NCBI RefSeq assembly: GCF_016433145.1
Contig: NC_058134.1
Coordinates: forward strand, 309,045,891 to 309,109,890
Direction of reading: 5' to 3'
DNA length: 64,000 nucleotides
Source of the DNA: Gracilinanus agilis
Taxonomy: Eukaryota
The notes under the pieces: generated by a model
Databases searched by the model: none
Told to the model about the DNA's origin: nothing
What the model saw: the letters and a program-made list of their open reading frames with translations, nothing else
Position numbers and translations under genes: made by a program
Part shown: one piece after another, positions 60,361 through 64,000 of the stretch
How the letters are laid out: the number at the start of each line of letters is the position of its first letter
Position numbering within the stretch: position 1 is the first letter of the stretch

Positions 60361-60415
60361 GCCCGAGCGGCTGCCCAGGGGCAGAGCCCGAGCGGCTGCC
60401 CAGGGGGAGAGCCCG
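60361..60415. repeat. 25-bp tandem duplication (GCCCGAGCGGCTGCCCAGGGGSAGA x2.2)
   Basis: Two copies with one mismatch. Confidence 0.9.
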
Positions 60416-62517
60416 CTCTCCACAAGCGTGGCAGCCCCTCGGTTCCTGGGGCGCTCCGTGAGACCTCCAGGAGAGGAGGCTGGGCAGCGGCTGTCCCGGA
60501 GAGAAAGCGGGGAGGCTGTCTGAGGCCCCTTCGGTCATCTCCTCCTCGGGAAGGGACGAGAAGGCGGGCTGCCCTGTCGAGAGAACACTGAAGTCAGTGG
60601 CCACGAGGGCAGAAGGCCCCACCGTGGCGCAGGCCCTCCCTCTCCCTTTCCTCTTGGCCACCGAGCTCTGCCCAGGCCTGGCTTCCAGGCAGCCGCCCCC
60701 TCCCCCCGGCTCCCCGTCTAGGCCCATTGGCGCGGCGCACACCGTGAGAGTCCTGCCGGCCTCTCCTCGGCCCCACATCCTCAGAGCTCCCGGCGCCTCC
60801 GGGCACCGGACTAGCAGGAAAGCCGGTCTGGCCGGACCCAGAGCCCCTGGCAAGGTGTCCGGGGGCCAAAAAGGAGCCCATCCCCTGCCAGGGGACCCTC
60901 AGCTTCCCAGTGCCGGTGGGAGAGCGTGCAAGGAGAGCTGGGGCGGCCACACAGCCGGCCACCATCTTGTGCCTCCTGCGTCAGGCCTGGAAACAGAACG
61001 GGCGCCCCAGCCCGAGGACGGCCCCACACTTGGGGCTTCTTAAGAAGATGTAATGCTACCAGGCCGTAAGAAACGGCAGGCAGAAAGGATCGGGGGGGGG
61101 GGGGGCGGTCCTGGGTTCAGAGCAGGGTGACCCTGGGGGAGTCACTTCACCCCTGCAGCCTAGCCCTGGCTGCTCTTCCACCTGAACCAGATGCTAAGAT
61201 GGATTCTAAAGCCATCCGAGTGGTCTCCCCAGGGTAGGGCGCACAAGGACAACACTTAGGGAAGGTCCGCGCGGTCGGGCGCAGGGCAAGGGAGGGTTTC
61301 CGAGCGTCCGGTGCTCGGCCAGACCAGAAGGCCCAGGAAGGGGGATGGGAGTGGCTGGAAGTGCTTTTTCCTAAAAGGGATCCCTAAAAAGGCCTCTTTT
61401 GAACCATGTGGTGAAAGGCTGGTTCTGCCCACTTCCTTAGCTGGAGGCAGCTCGGCCCAAGGGGACCCCTTCAGCTCTCGAGGCAGGGAGCCCCTCGGCT
61501 CACCCCCTTCAGGGCGACCCGGACAGCCTTCCCTTCCGCCCCAGTCCCCAGACACTTCGTCAGTAGCGGGGGACACCCCCTCCCTCCCCCTGCCCAGCGG
61601 CTTCCCTGCCGGAAGCACATACATGCCCCGCAGCCCCGACGTGTCCTTCCTCTCCTAGTGGAGGCCGGAGCCGGCTCTCTTCTCTGCTGCCCAAGGACCC
61701 TCTCCTCAAACCCGAGGGCCGGCCCCTCTGAATCTGGAGCGTCTCCCTGCTTCTTCAGCTTCCTTCTCTTCTCTCACACGCCTGAACCAGGCATCTCCTA
61801 CTGATGGACGAGACAACCACGGTCCAGGAGGAAGCCAAGACCTGGGCTCTTCCCTGGCCGGTTCCCTGCTTTCTGCCTCCAGCTCTTGGACCGTCCCAAT
61901 GGCTGGCCATCTCCAGGGCTCAGCTCTTAAAAAACCCTTAGGAACACGCCCAGCCCAACAGTGGCAGAGAACGGTGCAGCAGAGAGTGCTGGGCCTGGAA
62001 TCAGAAAGATCTGAGTTCAAATCCAGCCATATTCCCTCCTGGCTAGGTGAGCATGGGCAAGTCACTTCAGCCCATTTGCCTTAATCCCCTGGAGGAGGGA
62101 CTGGCAAAGCGGCAAAGCACTCTAGCGTCAATGATGGTAGTCCTGGCACCGGCCCAGAGCAATCATCACGACTCCTTCGTCCAGAGGTCCCCGGGGCCCG
62201 TCCTGTGCTAAGAACCGAGCCGTGCCCTCCCTCTCTTCCCCGTCCCACAGGCCCCGCCAATGGCTAACTCTAGTCCCGGCCCACTCGCTCCGTTCTTTAG
62301 CCTCCTCGGTAAAGTCCTAATTACATCAAAGTTCCAGAAAAGGAAGCTCGCCCGAAAGGGCTTCCTCAAATGAGCCGAGCCAAGTTTACTGCTGCCTCCT
62401 TGGACAGAACATCTTGTGGCCTCTCCCAGGGACCTCGAGAGCAAACAAAAGGGGAGCATTAGGGTCTGGGGCCGGCCGGCCTCTGTCTGGGTCCCCTCCT
62501 GCAGCCTTGGCTCTCGA

Positions 62518-63017
62518 NNNNNNNNNNNNNNNNNNNNNNNNNNNNNNNNNNNNNNNNNNNNNNNNNNNNNNNNNNNNNNNNNNNNNNNNNNNNNNNNNNN
62601 NNNNNNNNNNNNNNNNNNNNNNNNNNNNNNNNNNNNNNNNNNNNNNNNNNNNNNNNNNNNNNNNNNNNNNNNNNNNNNNNNNNNNNNNNNNNNNNNNNNN
62701 NNNNNNNNNNNNNNNNNNNNNNNNNNNNNNNNNNNNNNNNNNNNNNNNNNNNNNNNNNNNNNNNNNNNNNNNNNNNNNNNNNNNNNNNNNNNNNNNNNNN
62801 NNNNNNNNNNNNNNNNNNNNNNNNNNNNNNNNNNNNNNNNNNNNNNNNNNNNNNNNNNNNNNNNNNNNNNNNNNNNNNNNNNNNNNNNNNNNNNNNNNNN
62901 NNNNNNNNNNNNNNNNNNNNNNNNNNNNNNNNNNNNNNNNNNNNNNNNNNNNNNNNNNNNNNNNNNNNNNNNNNNNNNNNNNNNNNNNNNNNNNNNNNNN
63001 NNNNNNNNNNNNNNNNN
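62518..63017. other. Assembly gap (500 N)
   Basis: Run of N. Confidence 0.99.
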
Positions 63018-63264
63018 TGGGCTGCACGGTGACACGGTGTCCACCTCAGAGGACAGCTGTCTGTCTTCCCTGGGGCGGCTGGCAGACTGGGGAGATGGCA
63101 AAGAAGGATGGTCAGGGAGCCCCAATGGGCACAAGTCAGCCAAAGCAACAAGCCCGAAACCACCCAGCTGTAGCACGGCCTAATCATCCCAAGCTCAGCA
63201 TCCCCATCCATCTTGGGCCGAAAGGACAGCGTTCTATCAGATTGGCTAGCATGAGCACAGAGGA

Positions 63265-63480
63265 AAGCGATAAATGTTGAAGAGGGGGTGGGGAAAGTGG
63301 GACACTGATACATTGTTGGTGGAACTGTGAACTGATATGGCCACTCTGGAGAGTAATATGGAATTGAGCTCAAAGAGCCATAAAACTGTGCATACCCTTT
63401 GGCCCAGCAACACCACTACTGGCTCTGTAGCCCAATGAGATCAGACACGAGGGCAAAGAGCCCACCTCTACCAAAATGTA
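63265..63480 (+). mobile_element. Older L1 ORF2 C-terminal fragment
   Basis: Degenerate DKCWRG.GK.GTL.HCWW.CELI.PLW...CIPF.PA..LL.L motif. Confidence 0.85.
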
Positions 63481-64000
63481 TTTTTTTAAATATTTTATTT
63501 TTTTAGAAAGATTTTCCATGGTTACATGATTCTTGTTTTTACTTTCCCTTCACCCCCCTTTACATCCCCATATACAACACACATGTTCACTGGTTTTAAC
63601 ATGTGTGATCAATCAAGACTTATTCACACAATATCTATTGTTGCATTGGTGTGTTCCTTTAGTGTCACATCCCCAACCATGTCCACATCCACCCATGTAT
63701 TCAAGCAGTTGCTTTTCTTCTGTGTTTCCACTCCTGCAGTTCTTCCTCTGAATGTGGGTAGCATCTTTTCCATAAATCCCTCAGAATTGTCCTGGATCAT
63801 TGCGTTGCTGCTGGTACAGAAGTCCATTACATTCGATTGTGTCACAGTGTATCACTCTCTGTGTACAATGTTCTTCTGACTGCTCCTTTCACTCTGTGTT
63901 AATTTCTGGAGGTCGTTCAAGTTCACATGGGATTCCTCCAGTTTATTATTCCTTTGAGCTCAATAGTATTCCATCACCAGCATATACCACAATTTGTTCA
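63481..64000 (-). mobile_element. Younger L1_Mdo-like 3' end (A-tail, 3' UTR, ORF2 end)
   Basis: T-rich tail at 63481; reverse strand reads LNKLWYMLVMEYY at the window edge. Confidence 0.88.

Noticed and set aside
62208-63373. ORFs spanning the second N gap
   Set aside because: Artefacts of translating N.
63624-63845. 73-aa minus-strand ORF
   Set aside because: Part of the L1 3' region, not a host gene.

Overview
GC-rich vertebrate genomic DNA, most likely a didelphid marsupial (opossum), judged from SINE1_Mdo-like, MIR, L2 and L1_Mdo-like repeats. The gene order matches the conserved TCF20-CYP2D-NDUFA6-SMDT1-PHETA2-NAGA block. The window holds the 3' exons of TCF20 (+), CYP2D exons 2-9 (+; exon 1 probably in the 27138-27527 gap), NDUFA6 (+), SMDT1/EMRE (-), PHETA2 (-) and NAGA (+). 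Exon boundaries were read by hand from the sequence; homologue comparisons rest on recalled protein sequences, not searches. The main discovery is a gene I cannot assign to any family, on the minus strand between CYP2D and NDUFA6 (34593-39172). Eight exons with strong GT-AG sites, CTGAC branch points and matching phases splice into a stop-free 173-aa ORF followed by AATAAA. It predicts a small type II single-pass membrane protein, invisible to the ORF track because the exons are short. It occupies the position and orientation of the human lncRNA NDUFA6-DT. I cannot check whether it is already annotated as an uncharacterised locus. No CRISPR arrays, rRNA or true tRNA genes were seen.
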